Positions 1 to 9,130 of a stretch of 62,941 nucleotides of DNA are shown here, in pieces (position 1 is the stretch's first letter; each line of letters opens with the position of its first letter). Made by a program: the position numbers and the translations under genes. The DNA is taken from positions 1-62,941 of IMG/VR virus record IMGVR_UViG_3300030098_002385; one strand, given 5' to 3'. The stretch comes from a virus (taxonomy: Duplodnaviria > Caudoviricetes). The notes under the pieces are model-generated. The model was not told the origin of the DNA. It did no database searches and was given only the letters and a program-made list of their open reading frames with translations.

Positions 1-100
1 GTGTTTGAAGCCTTACATAAATGGACTATGTTTGTTGGTCTTGGTTTGAATTTTACTGCAGCAGTAGGTAATATTGCTATTGGTAAATACAATACCTTTA
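1..100. repeat. Terminal direct repeat (circular assembly overlap), left copy
   Basis: Identical to 62842-62941 except T99 vs C62940; lies inside one continuous reading frame. Confidence 0.95.
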
Positions 101-1098
101 GACAACAAGGGTTAAAGGATAAAAAGAACGGAGTTGGTTGGATTGTAGGTGAAAGAAGATATTTTGGTTTTGGGGTAAAAGGTTTTAATAAAACAAACGC
201 AGATAAAACGAGAGCTATTACAAAATACTTTGGATTAATCACTGATGCTCAAGCACAAGTTAGTGAGGATTTATTTGCTAGTGGTTTTGGTGAAATGGTA
301 TTTGCTTTTATGACTGGTTCTGAAAAGTATATACAAAGAACACAATTTGTTGGAATGATAAAAGAAAATCAATGGAATTCTTTTGAGGTAGTTGACGGTG
401 AGGTTAGGGTTATACCTGGCAAGGAAGCTGAGTTTAGAGCTTTAGAGAATCAAGCTGACGAAATGAAACAAAAAGTATATGAAGTTCAGGGTAAAGGTTA
501 TACAGCTTTAGACCAAAGGTTAATACAGCATTACAGTATACTTCATGGTATACTACAGTTTAAGAGATGGCTACCTACATTTGTTATGGATAGATTGGCT
601 TCAGAAAAAATAACAAGAAGTGGTAGGGGTTATATAGGTGCTTATAGAGCTTCATTTGATTTTTTCTTAGATGTTATGTATAATAAAAGAAAATTTGGAG
701 CAAGAGACTTTAAAGAAGAATACAGTAAACTGCCTAAACACAGACAAGAAGCTATATTAAGATTTGCTAGAGGTGCAGGTGGCTCTATGTTGGTTCTTTG
801 CATGATAGCCGCGTTAAAACCATTTGGAGAGGGTGATGATGAAACTGGAGTAGGTAAGTATTTAAATAAGTTATTTTGGGACATGAACTTATTGGTTAAT
901 GTAGATAAATGGAGGTACATGGCGTCTATGCCTGCTCTACAAACAGGAGAAAATATGGTATTTGGTATAAAAGAATTAGTATCAGGAGATGTTTATGAAA
1001 GAGATGCTAAATATGGAGAAGCAAGACAATCAAAAGCTAGGGGTAGATTAGCTAGGTTATTCCCTAGTGTTATAAGAGAGAGGTTTGCTAGAGACTAA
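1..1098 (+). CDS. C-terminal 365 aa of the giant virion RNA polymerase protein (continues from 51805 across the junction)
   Basis: Same frame and sequence as the window end (VFEALHKWTMF...); hydrophobic segment GGSMLVLCMIAAL; stop at 1096-1098. Confidence 0.9.
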   Translation: MFEALHKWTMFVGLGLNFTAAVGNIAIGKYNTFRQQGLKDKKNGVGWIVGERRYFGFGVKGFNKTNADKTRAITKYFGLITDAQAQVSEDLFASGFGEMVFAFMTGSEKYIQRTQFVGMIKENQWNSFEVVDGEVRVIPGKEAEFRALENQADEMKQKVYEVQGKGYTALDQRLIQHYSILHGILQFKRWLPTFVMDRLASEKITRSGRGYIGAYRASFDFFLDVMYNKRKFGARDFKEEYSKLPKHRQEAILRFARGAGGSMLVLCMIAALKPFGEGDDETGVGKYLNKLFWDMNLLVNVDKWRYMASMPALQTGENMVFGIKELVSGDVYERDAKYGEARQSKARGRLARLFPSVIRERFARD

Positions 1099-1120
1099 AA
1101 ACTCATATAATAAAATTTAG

Positions 1121-1128
1121 TATATTTG
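1121..1128 (+). promoter_or_regulatory. Bacteroidota primary-sigma -7 element TATATTTG
   Basis: Matches TAnnTTTG; intergenic, 23 nt before ATG 1152. Confidence 0.6.
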
Positions 1129-1151
1129 TATAATAATAAAATCAAAAGACA

Positions 1152-1628
1152 ATGGCGTATTCAACAACACCAAAAACAACAGCAACCATTACTTTAAATA
1201 GTACAGGGTTGACTTCAGATAATATTAATATCAGTCAAACATTCGAATTGACTGCTATTGATAATGTTACAGGATTAAAAAACACAACAGGGGTAAGAAG
1301 AATAGAGGCTGCAAATGGAGGTGTAGTAGTATTTGATGCTGATTTACACGGCGCTGCAGATGCAGCTGCTTGGATATGGATACATAATCCTAACACAACT
1401 ACAAATGGTAGTGTATACGTTACTATTACAGCAACTAATGCTTCTGCTCAAAATTGTGTTGTTGGAAAGCTTTGGGAGGGTAAAAGCTGTTTGATTCCTA
1501 TACAAGGACACACTGCAGCTTCAGATATAACGGTTACAACTGCAAACGCAGCTGATTTTGTTGAATATTGTATATTCGCAGAAACTGTAGATGCTGATTC
1601 AGCTTCAAACGAATTAGGTAAAGCTTAA
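1152..1628 (+). CDS. Putative virion structural protein, paralog family A
   Basis: Thr/Ala/Asn-rich beta-type sequence; visibly similar to 1642-2082. Confidence 0.55.
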   Translation: MAYSTTPKTTATITLNSTGLTSDNINISQTFELTAIDNVTGLKNTTGVRRIEAANGGVVVFDADLHGAADAAAWIWIHNPNTTTNGSVYVTITATNASAQNCVVGKLWEGKSCLIPIQGHTAASDITVTTANAADFVEYCIFAETVDADSASNELGKA

Positions 1629-1641
1629 AAAATAATATAAT

Positions 1642-2082
1642 ATGGCAACAAAATTAATATCACCAACAACAACAGTTAACTTATCAATTACATCTAATAA
1701 CTTAACTTCTAATCCACTTAGTTTAAACTGTAACTTTCAGTTAAAAAAAGCAGGAACTAGAACAGAAGGTTTAGATAACTTCTCAGGTGTATCAAGAAGA
1801 AGTCACGGTTCTACAACTGCTTTAAGAATTATAGACGAAGCAGACTTTGATGATGACAAGGCACACGTATTATATATAAAGAATTTATCAACAACATCTG
1901 GTGAATATTTAGAAATATTTGTAAAAGATGGAAACTCTCCTGATGATGCTAATAATTTATTAGGTAGAGTATATGAAGGAAATGCTTTTTTAATACCTTA
2001 TGCTGGGCATTTAGATGTGTTTGTTGGACAATCAAGTGGTAGCATGGAATATGAAGTGGCACTATTTAGTGAAGATAGTTAA
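1642..2082 (+). CDS. Putative virion structural protein, paralog family A
   Basis: Shares LTS.N/P, GV.R, YIKNL/WIHNP, G(K/R)..EG...LIP and EY..F.E with 1152-1628. Confidence 0.55.
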   Translation: MATKLISPTTTVNLSITSNNLTSNPLSLNCNFQLKKAGTRTEGLDNFSGVSRRSHGSTTALRIIDEADFDDDKAHVLYIKNLSTTSGEYLEIFVKDGNSPDDANNLLGRVYEGNAFLIPYAGHLDVFVGQSSGSMEYEVALFSEDS

Positions 2083-2106
2083 TATTAATAATTAAAATAA
2101 AATATA

Positions 2107-2307
2107 ATGGGTAGTTTATTAGACCAAATTAAAAGCGCAAAACCAACTAAAGCACATGCTAAAGCTGGAGGTTCAAGAAGTAAAAGTAAAAGAACTAGTT
2201 CTGTAGCAAAATTAAGTTATAGAGTGACTAAAGACCGCAGAAGAGAAGGTAAGCCTGGTGTTGCCAGGAGAGGTAAGGGTGCTAAAGCGGCTATAGGTAG
2301 AAGTTAA
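2107..2307 (+). CDS. Small K/R-rich basic protein
   Basis: 66 aa, strongly basic, A-rich leader. Confidence 0.6.
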   Translation: MGSLLDQIKSAKPTKAHAKAGGSRSKSKRTSSVAKLSYRVTKDRRREGKPGVARRGKGAKAAIGRS

Positions 2308-2317
2308 AAATTAAAAT

Positions 2318-2917
2318 ATGGCTAGCAATAAAACATCTATTTATGATGGCTCTATTTTTTTAAATAACACTGTAGACCATTTAGATTTGTCTGGCTGGAT
2401 AAATAGAAAGGTGGCTGTGGCAAGCGCTAACGCTGGTATAAAGTCTTTGAGATTAAATGCTGACGTTAGTAGTTTAGTGTCAGTTGGAGATAAGTTGATG
2501 AAAAGTTTAACTAATGAATTAATAGGCACTGTTGAGTCTATAGATTCAAATCGTGTTAATTTTGCTGGTGAAGGAACGAAAATTCATTTAGTTGAAAATG
2601 ATTATGTTCATGTTTATCCTAAGTTTGAAATAGTTAAAATTGATTTCATAGGTAATGAAACATATTTATTAAAATTAACACCATCAGATAGAAGGTTTGT
2701 GGGTCAAGACTTGCCAGATTTGGACACATGGGCATCAAATACAGTAAATGATTTTGGAACTGTTAGTGCAGATGGGGTTTCAATGTATGACGGCGCTATG
2801 GTGATAGGCACCTCAATAGAGGGTAGGTTTAAATATGTTATGATAGACTGCAGTGGTCTTGGTGTGGACACGGAGTCTGCTATTTGTTATTTAAGAGCAA
2901 CCCCAACAATAATGTAA
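2318..2917 (+). CDS. Putative structural protein, paralog family B
   Basis: MASNKTSIYDG, PKFEI, IEGRFK and SAIC.L shared with the next gene. Confidence 0.55.
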   Translation: MASNKTSIYDGSIFLNNTVDHLDLSGWINRKVAVASANAGIKSLRLNADVSSLVSVGDKLMKSLTNELIGTVESIDSNRVNFAGEGTKIHLVENDYVHVYPKFEIVKIDFIGNETYLLKLTPSDRRFVGQDLPDLDTWASNTVNDFGTVSADGVSMYDGAMVIGTSIEGRFKYVMIDCSGLGVDTESAICYLRATPTIM

Positions 2918-2932
2918 TAAAAAAATAAAATT

Positions 2933-3562
2933 ATGCCAAGTAATAAAACAAGTTTATATGATGGTCAAGTCCACATATTAAATAGTACGCTAGATTTAAC
3001 AGGAAAACAAGCGTTAGTAAATAACGGTAGTAATATTGCTATGGGAGATACAGTTATAGCCTATGACAATGGTGATGTTTCTTTGTCTGCTGGAGACGAG
3101 TTATATGGTAGTGAGCCAACAGGAAGCGGGAGGATAAAACATATAGGAACTATTGATTCTGTAACAGAAAGTGGAAGTGCTGGTTCTTTTGCTGGCAATA
3201 TAACTTTAACTTCTGGCTCAAAAATAGCTTTAGCAGATGATACTTTTTTAATGAAAGACTTACCTAAATTTGAAATAGCTGCTATACAGATTGTGATAGC
3301 TGGTACTTTAACTGACTTAATACCTGCAGAAAATAGATTTCCAAGAACAATACAGGCTGATGGTGTTACATCTTTTGATGATACTCACGAGGTTAATTAT
3401 TATGGAGCTACAGATGGAAGTGCTGGAGCAGCTGTATCGGGAGTTATAGATGCTGGTATAACTATAGAGGGTAGATTTAAAAAAGTTACCATATCAAGTG
3501 GTGACTCTGCTATATGTCACTTAAAAGCAGTTGCTTACAGAGGTTTAAAAGATATGCCATAA
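2933..3562 (+). CDS. Putative structural protein, paralog family B
   Basis: MPSNKTSLYDG, PKFEI, IEGRFK, SAICHL. Confidence 0.55.
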   Translation: MPSNKTSLYDGQVHILNSTLDLTGKQALVNNGSNIAMGDTVIAYDNGDVSLSAGDELYGSEPTGSGRIKHIGTIDSVTESGSAGSFAGNITLTSGSKIALADDTFLMKDLPKFEIAAIQIVIAGTLTDLIPAENRFPRTIQADGVTSFDDTHEVNYYGATDGSAGAAVSGVIDAGITIEGRFKKVTISSGDSAICHLKAVAYRGLKDMP

Positions 3563-4653
3563 TGAAAAAGACGTTTATACTAATAGTAGTTTTATTAATA
3601 TCTTGTGCTACTCCAAAAAAATGTTGCTCTCAAGAGATAAAAAACTTTTTTAAATACTCTACGTTCTATGTGTCAAGTTCTACAGGTTCTTCTACACTAG
3701 AAGATGGTATGTTTAAGATAGAAGACAAGGAGTTAATAGATATAACACAAGTTAATCCTTTTGATTACAACTACACTATAGGATTACGTAAGGTGGCTCG
3801 TTTTGATTACGAATACAAGGTTAAAACCTTTTATGATGGAACAGAGTCACAAATATCAAATAAAGCTCCTGTGGGTAACGCTAAAGGCTTTGAGTACCTT
3901 GCTAATATATCTTTAGTACGAGATAGAGGGAATGAGTTTATAAATCAAGATTATTTCCTACGTTATTTGAGTGATTCGTACCTTGTAAAAGCTCAATTTG
4001 TAGACAACCAGAAGTTTGATTTAAAGTATATGCTATCTGATATAAGATGGCGAAAAAGCTTGGGAAACTTTGATTTCTCAATGGGCGCTGCTTTTAGAAT
4101 GCACCCTACATATGGTTTTCTCCCAATATATGATTTTTGGGACCCAGCTGTAACGCCGTTCTCTGAGATTGCAGAGGACTTTGGGTATGTAAGTGAACAA
4201 TGGAGTCAAGCAGGATATGTAAACTATGATTGGTTTGATATATCTAGTGGAGATTCTGTACAGGTTGCTCATACTACGGGAGAATTTATGAAGCACTATT
4301 TTGGTAATGCTATAGATGAATTTAATGACAGAGAACTACGTAAGTTAGGCTTACAAAAAGAACTATCTGTTGTTGTAGGTGCAGCATACTATAAATGGTC
4401 TTCTAATTGGTGGTTACACGGCTGGATGAATGTTCTCCCTTACCACTTCGGTCTAGATGATTATAGCTTTGACTATAATGATGAAGATTGGGCTCAGGAG
4501 AGCATACCAGCCATAATAGAGTGGGATATGGGGCTAGTATTCGGTGTTAAGTTTTCTAAGAATCTAGGGTTCTTTATTGAAGGAACTCACCAAAGATTCT
4601 GGATGCGACCTGTTTACGAATTTAAGATTGGAATAAATTACTTATTTTTGTAG
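3562..4653 (+). CDS. Exported protein, possible outer-membrane beta-barrel or lipoprotein
   Basis: Likely start ATG 3562 (TAATG overlap); signal MKKTFILIVVLLISC; aromatic-rich alternating strands; ends EFKIGINYLFL. Confidence 0.5.
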   Translation: MKKTFILIVVLLISCATPKKCCSQEIKNFFKYSTFYVSSSTGSSTLEDGMFKIEDKELIDITQVNPFDYNYTIGLRKVARFDYEYKVKTFYDGTESQISNKAPVGNAKGFEYLANISLVRDRGNEFINQDYFLRYLSDSYLVKAQFVDNQKFDLKYMLSDIRWRKSLGNFDFSMGAAFRMHPTYGFLPIYDFWDPAVTPFSEIAEDFGYVSEQWSQAGYVNYDWFDISSGDSVQVAHTTGEFMKHYFGNAIDEFNDRELRKLGLQKELSVVVGAAYYKWSSNWWLHGWMNVLPYHFGLDDYSFDYNDEDWAQESIPAIIEWDMGLVFGVKFSKNLGFFIEGTHQRFWMRPVYEFKIGINYLFL

Positions 4654-4654
4654 T

Positions 4655-5392
4655 ATGAAGAAGTTATTAATATTATTATTATTTGTATTTGGTTATGGAT
4701 TTGCTCAAACAAATTGTGAAGATTGTGTGGAACAAGGTGGATTTTATTGTGGAGATGATACTTCTAATTGGACTCAGTATAGTCCTAATGGTTGCGTTCC
4801 TAATGGCCTTAATGGGCTTTACTATCTTAATGATGGGTGGGAAGATTGTGTGGACGCTTCAGATGAGCAAGACGCGGTACCTACAACGTTTGAGGAATGC
4901 GCTGAACCAGTTGAGGAATGTGACACGGTCTATGTAGATGTTCCTGTTTATATATATGAAACAATCTTCCAAACAGATACTATATATGATATAGAATATA
5001 TAACTCAAATTGTGATAGACACAGTAGAGGTAGAAACATTTGTTCCTGAATATATATACATAACAGACACACTAACTATATATGAAGATGTATTAGACAC
5101 TTTATTCATTGATGTTATAGAATATGTAGATGTGTTTGTTTTTGATACGATAGTACAAATAGAAACTGAATATGTAGAATTTTTTACTACAGACACTATA
5201 ATAGAGTATGTAGAAATTATAAACACAGAGTATTTAGATTGTGATACAGGCCTTCCTTGTACATCTAATCTACCTGATTTATTAAATCAATCAAAAGCAG
5301 ATAACAGAATTTATAACTTGTTGGGGCAAGCAATAAAAGAGCCAGAGGGACTTTATATCCAAGACGGTGTTGTTAAATATAAAATAGATTAA
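4655..5392 (+). CDS. Secreted acidic protein with LDLa-like motif, DT-repeat stalk and T9SS-like C-terminal signal
   Basis: Signal peptide ...GYGFA/Q; NDGWEDCVDASDE; repeated DT(V/I/L); C-terminal IYNLLGQAIKEPEGLYIQDGVVKY. Confidence 0.55.
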   Translation: MKKLLILLLFVFGYGFAQTNCEDCVEQGGFYCGDDTSNWTQYSPNGCVPNGLNGLYYLNDGWEDCVDASDEQDAVPTTFEECAEPVEECDTVYVDVPVYIYETIFQTDTIYDIEYITQIVIDTVEVETFVPEYIYITDTLTIYEDVLDTLFIDVIEYVDVFVFDTIVQIETEYVEFFTTDTIIEYVEIINTEYLDCDTGLPCTSNLPDLLNQSKADNRIYNLLGQAIKEPEGLYIQDGVVKYKID

Positions 5393-5394
5393 CT

Positions 5395-5820
5395 ATGTAT
5401 AAAAAAAGAAAAAAAACAAGACGTTATGATGATGGCGGTATGGTAGATGATTCTAATCAACCAGACTCTTTAACTAATTATATAAAAGGACATGATATGA
5501 AAAAAAATAAAAAATACAGAATGGGTGGAATGACTAATGATGATGATAACTTTTCTAAAAGTGATTCTATAGCCGCTTATAACTATACAAAAGCAATTGA
5601 CAGTTTGGGTTATGACCCAGTTGATGCACTGACGATGAACAATCCTTTTAACAAGGAAGTTCCTTCCAAATTAAAGTTTGATAAAGAAATGTATAGAAAA
5701 ATAGGACCCTTAAGAGATGCTGATTTACCTGAAGGTTTTTTTGACACCAAGAAACACGGCGGAATGGTAAAAAAATCTAAAGGTGGTCATAGAGACTCAT
5801 TTACTCAACAATACGACTAA
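5395..5820 (+). CDS. Hypothetical protein with repeated xxGG motifs and C-terminal QQYD
   Basis: YDDGGM, YRMGGM, KHGGM, KGGH...QQYD. Confidence 0.65.
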   Translation: MYKKRKKTRRYDDGGMVDDSNQPDSLTNYIKGHDMKKNKKYRMGGMTNDDDNFSKSDSIAAYNYTKAIDSLGYDPVDALTMNNPFNKEVPSKLKFDKEMYRKIGPLRDADLPEGFFDTKKHGGMVKKSKGGHRDSFTQQYD

Positions 5821-5830
5821 ATCTTAAAGT

Positions 5831-6067
5831 ATGAATATATTTAAAGACTCCAATGATTGGAACGAAAAGGCTGTAGTAGGTTTTATAGCTTTTCTAATTA
5901 TGGTTATTGTAATGATAATTGATTTAGTAACTGGTGCTGCTGGTTCTGATTTAGTTATTAATGAATTTGTGTACGACTCATTTGTATGGGTTGTTCTAGG
6001 CTGCTTTGGTATTAGTGGTGTAGAAAAATTTGCTGGAAACAATAAATGTAAAGAGTGTAAGAAATAA
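5831..6067 (+). CDS. Small two-TM membrane protein (holin-like)
   Basis: Two hydrophobic helices and a basic C-terminus. Confidence 0.55.
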   Translation: MNIFKDSNDWNEKAVVGFIAFLIMVIVMIIDLVTGAAGSDLVINEFVYDSFVWVVLGCFGISGVEKFAGNNKCKECKK

Positions 6068-6411
6068 TGGCTAAAGAGTTATCAGAAGACAGTAAATTTC
6101 AGGTTAGCGTAAAAACGTTAGTAGGTATTGCTGTAGGTATAGCCACTATTGTTTCTGCTTATTTTGGTTTAATGAGTAGTATAAACTCTAAGTTTGTAGA
6201 GTTAGAAGATAAAGTAGAAGAAGCTTTAGAAAAACCAAAACCAGGAACAGGTACTTACACAATAGATATGGGTGACCCTGCTGCTTCACAAACTTGGCCA
6301 CCAACTCGTATGGAGTTTAATATGAAAGATGAAATGGCTCGACAGAAAATTGATAATATAATAAAAGAGTTAGATGAACTTAAAGAAGATATAAAAGAGC
6401 TTAAAAAATGA
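6067..6411 (+). CDS. Single-TM protein with C-terminal coiled coil
   Basis: LVGIAVGIATIVSAYFGL; heptad-like tail. Confidence 0.6.
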   Translation: MAKELSEDSKFQVSVKTLVGIAVGIATIVSAYFGLMSSINSKFVELEDKVEEALEKPKPGTGTYTIDMGDPAASQTWPPTRMEFNMKDEMARQKIDNIIKELDELKEDIKELKK

Positions 6412-6809
6412 TTCATAGAATAGACATATCATCATACTTATACATCTTAATGATGGTGTTTATGTTTATTTGCGGAACTACATTTAGTCAAGACTTTATT
6501 ACTTCTAACAACTTTAATAAAAAAATAGCCAAAGACATAGTAGTGGTAGAATTTTGGGCAGGTTGGAACGCTAGTAATGAGTTTAAAGAACTTATAAAAT
6601 TAAAAGACTGTGTGGTATATAGAGTTGATATTTCTGCTCATATGGATGTTCAAATGGATTATGACATTTCTGCGATTCCGACCGTTATCATTTTTGATAA
6701 TGGCGAAGAGAAAGAAAGATTCAAACCAAATGTAATGTTTCAATTAGATGCAGATAAAAAAACAATACAGAATTCAGTGGACACATTGACGTTAAATAAA
6801 TTTCAGTAA
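6408..6809 (+). CDS. Thioredoxin-fold protein lacking CxxC, with N-terminal signal/anchor
   Basis: VVVEFWAGWN...ISAIPTVIIFDNGEEKERF resembles thioredoxin; WCxxC replaced by WNASN. Confidence 0.7.
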   Translation: MIHRIDISSYLYILMMVFMFICGTTFSQDFITSNNFNKKIAKDIVVVEFWAGWNASNEFKELIKLKDCVVYRVDISAHMDVQMDYDISAIPTVIIFDNGEEKERFKPNVMFQLDADKKTIQNSVDTLTLNKFQ

Positions 6810-7315
6810 TGGCAAATACAGTAGTTACACATCAGGCACAAAAACTTAGAATAAAGTCTATGAGAAATAGTCACTTTAAGCTAGTTGTAAATGTAAAAAA
6901 TGCTGGTGGTGGTGATTATGATTTTACTAGTGATACCACAAACCCTACATTGGGAGATGAAGCTTTTTTAAGAATATTCCAAAGCACTGGTTCACCTTTA
7001 AATCTTTCCCTATCTGTTACTGAAGTTACATCAGCCCCTTCTGCTTTAGCTGTTACTAGCTATATGAACCTTACAACTGAAGATGGTAAAATAACTATAG
7101 AGTGGGATAACGAAAGTGGATATCCTTACGCACCTTGGCCTGGAAAATATCAATATACTTTATATACAAAAGATGCTAATGATAGATATTATGTATGGCT
7201 ACATGGAGACTGGGTTGTAGAGGACCAAAATATTGCCCAAAGTGGTATTACTTACACTTTCGCTCAACCAGAACCAGAACCAGAGCCAGAGCCAGAGCCA
7301 GAAGAAACCCCTTAA
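6809..7315 (+). CDS. Putative structural protein with Pro-Glu tail
   Basis: DGKITI...PGKYQY.L pattern reminiscent of baseplate-upper/Ig-like domains; (PE)6 tail. Confidence 0.5.
   Translation: MANTVVTHQAQKLRIKSMRNSHFKLVVNVKNAGGGDYDFTSDTTNPTLGDEAFLRIFQSTGSPLNLSLSVTEVTSAPSALAVTSYMNLTTEDGKITIEWDNESGYPYAPWPGKYQYTLYTKDANDRYYVWLHGDWVVEDQNIAQSGITYTFAQPEPEPEPEPEPEETP
7268..7303 (+). repeat. Hexamer tandem repeat (CCAGAR)x6 encoding (PE)6
   Basis: ccagaa ccagaa ccagag ccagag ccagag ccagaa. Confidence 0.9.
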
Positions 7316-7317
7316 TT

Positions 7318-7581
7318 ATGTCTGTATATTATACTTCAAATATAGACCCAATACAAATAGAGGGGGTAAGTTTTGGAGAGGTTACTATAACACTATCTGT
7401 AACAAAGCCAAGTATAAATGTAAAAATTCCTTCGTATATTAGTAATACAAAAGTTACTAATAGAACTTGTATATATGTAGATAGTCAAAAGCCTGTTATA
7501 CTAGACAATATAAAATCTGTGTCTGCAACCAATAGCGCGGAGGTTACATTACAATTAAAAACTAAACTTTTAAACGCATGA
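7318..7581 (+). CDS. Hypothetical protein
   Basis: Likely start ATG 7318 just after the previous stop; ATGA overlap with the endolysin gene. Confidence 0.55.
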   Translation: MSVYYTSNIDPIQIEGVSFGEVTITLSVTKPSINVKIPSYISNTKVTNRTCIYVDSQKPVILDNIKSVSATNSAEVTLQLKTKLLNA

Positions 7582-8048
7582 GATTAAGTAGAAACTTTAT
7601 GTTAAGGGAGTTTGTAAACAGCGCAACTGCGGCTAGAAAAGGAATAAGCAATAAGCCTACAGAGGTGCATTTAGCTAATTTAAAGAAGCTTATAGATAAT
7701 GTTATACAGCCTGTTAGAGATAAGATAGGTCCTATAAGAATAACCTCAGGGTACAGAAGCCCAGCTCTGAATCGTGCTATAGGGGGAAGTTCTCGCTCAC
7801 AGCATTCAAAGGGAATGGCGGCGGACATACAGTTTGTAAGGGACAATGAAATGGACAATAAAGTTATCTTTGATACTATATTAGAAATGGGTTTAGATTT
7901 TGACCAAATGATTAATGAGTTTGATTACTCTTGGATTCATATATCTTACAACCCAAAAAAGAATAGAAAACAAGTATTAGAGGCTTATAAAGATGATAAT
8001 AACAAAACAAAGTATAGAGAAGTACAAACCAATTTTAAAGGATTATGA
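7578..8048 (+). CDS. Peptidase M15 family endolysin
   Basis: ITSGYRSPALN..IGGSSRSQHSKGMAADI...WIHISY. Confidence 0.9.
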   Translation: MRLSRNFMLREFVNSATAARKGISNKPTEVHLANLKKLIDNVIQPVRDKIGPIRITSGYRSPALNRAIGGSSRSQHSKGMAADIQFVRDNEMDNKVIFDTILEMGLDFDQMINEFDYSWIHISYNPKKNRKQVLEAYKDDNNKTKYREVQTNFKGL

Positions 8049-8431
8049 TAAAAGGAATTTTAAATAAACTTGTTGGTGATGCAGGGAACATCATAGACAA
8101 TGTGGTGACAACTAAAGAAGAAAAGATGCAATTAAAGAACGAGATGAAAAAAATGATTCTTGATTCTGAAAATGATTTACAAAAGAATGTAACAGAACGT
8201 TGGGTTGCAGATATGAAATCAGATAGCTGGTTGAGTAAGAATGTAAGACCTATGACACTTATATTTGTTCTTGTGTGTACTATGTTATTAATATTCATAG
8301 ATGCTGGAACTATAGAGTTTCATGTTGAAGAAAAATGGACAGATTTGTTACAACTTGTTTTGATAACAATCGTGGGGAGTTATTTCGGAGGAAGGTCCAT
8401 CGAAAAGCTTAAAAATGGTAAAAATAAATAG
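8045..8431 (+). CDS. Holin (3TM/GTA-type family)
   Basis: RW.ADM.SDSWLSKNVRP, TM helices, YFGGRSIEK; next to endolysin. Confidence 0.8.
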   Translation: MIKGILNKLVGDAGNIIDNVVTTKEEKMQLKNEMKKMILDSENDLQKNVTERWVADMKSDSWLSKNVRPMTLIFVLVCTMLLIFIDAGTIEFHVEEKWTDLLQLVLITIVGSYFGGRSIEKLKNGKNK

Positions 8432-8433
8432 TT

Positions 8434-8763
8434 ATGGCTAAATCACCTGCGTGGCAACGTAAAGAGGGTAAAAGTCCTAGTGGAGGTTTAAATAAAAAAG
8501 GGGTAGCTTCATATAGAAGAGCTAATCCAGGCTCTAAACTTAAAACCGCTGTTACCACAGACCCTAAGAAATTAAAAAAGGGTAGTAAAGCTGCTAAAAG
8601 AAGAAAGTCTTTTTGTGCTAGAATGAAGGGTATGAAAAAAAGAAGAACTAGTGCAAAGACAGCAAGAGACCCTAATTCAAGAATAAATAAATCATTAAGA
8701 AAATGGAATTGTGAATCTGGGTGTGTTACACCATCTGGAGGAATGTATTCGCAACACGATTAG
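8434..8763 (+). CDS. Basic phage protein ending GGMYSQHD
   Basis: GGLN.KG...PGSKL...RRKSFCARM pattern; K/R-rich. Confidence 0.7.
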   Translation: MAKSPAWQRKEGKSPSGGLNKKGVASYRRANPGSKLKTAVTTDPKKLKKGSKAAKRRKSFCARMKGMKKRRTSAKTARDPNSRINKSLRKWNCESGCVTPSGGMYSQHD

Positions 8764-8765
8764 TT

Positions 8766-8939
8766 ATGGCAAAAAAAACTGTAAAAGCTCCAGCTGGTTT
8801 TCACTGGATGAAAAAAGGAAACAATACTTTCAAATTAATGAAACACACAGGTAAGTTTAAACCACATCCTGGTGGAAGTTTAACTGCTAGTTTTGATGTG
8901 CAAAAAGTACACAGAACTACTACAAAAAAGAAAAAATAA
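8766..8939 (+). CDS. Small basic protein
   Basis: Likely start ATG 8766; KAPAGFHWMK motif; TAATG overlap with next gene. Confidence 0.65.
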   Translation: MAKKTVKAPAGFHWMKKGNNTFKLMKHTGKFKPHPGGSLTASFDVQKVHRTTTKKKK

Positions 8940-9130
8940 TGGCAAAAGATGCATGTTATCATAAGGTAGTAAGTAGGTATGGTCCTAAAACATCAGCATA
9001 TAGAAGTGGTGCTATGGCAAAGTGTAGAAAAGTTGGTGTATCTAATTGGGGTGAAGGTGGTAAAAAGAAGAAGAAAAAAATGAAACACGGTGGTATGATT
9101 GGTTGTTTATTTGAATATCAAAAAGACTGA
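8939..9130 (+). CDS. Small basic protein ending HGGM...YQKD
   Basis: KDACYHKV...SAY.SGA..KCRK.G..NWG. Confidence 0.7.
   Translation: MAKDACYHKVVSRYGPKTSAYRSGAMAKCRKVGVSNWGEGGKKKKKKMKHGGMIGCLFEYQKD

Noticed and set aside
1-100. Terminal repeat as a biological direct terminal repeat
   Set aside because: It falls mid-gene and has a round length, which fits an assembly overlap better.
7268-7303. Hexamer repeat as a phase-variation switch
   Set aside because: The unit is a multiple of three and sits at the very end of the gene, so slippage would not change the frame.
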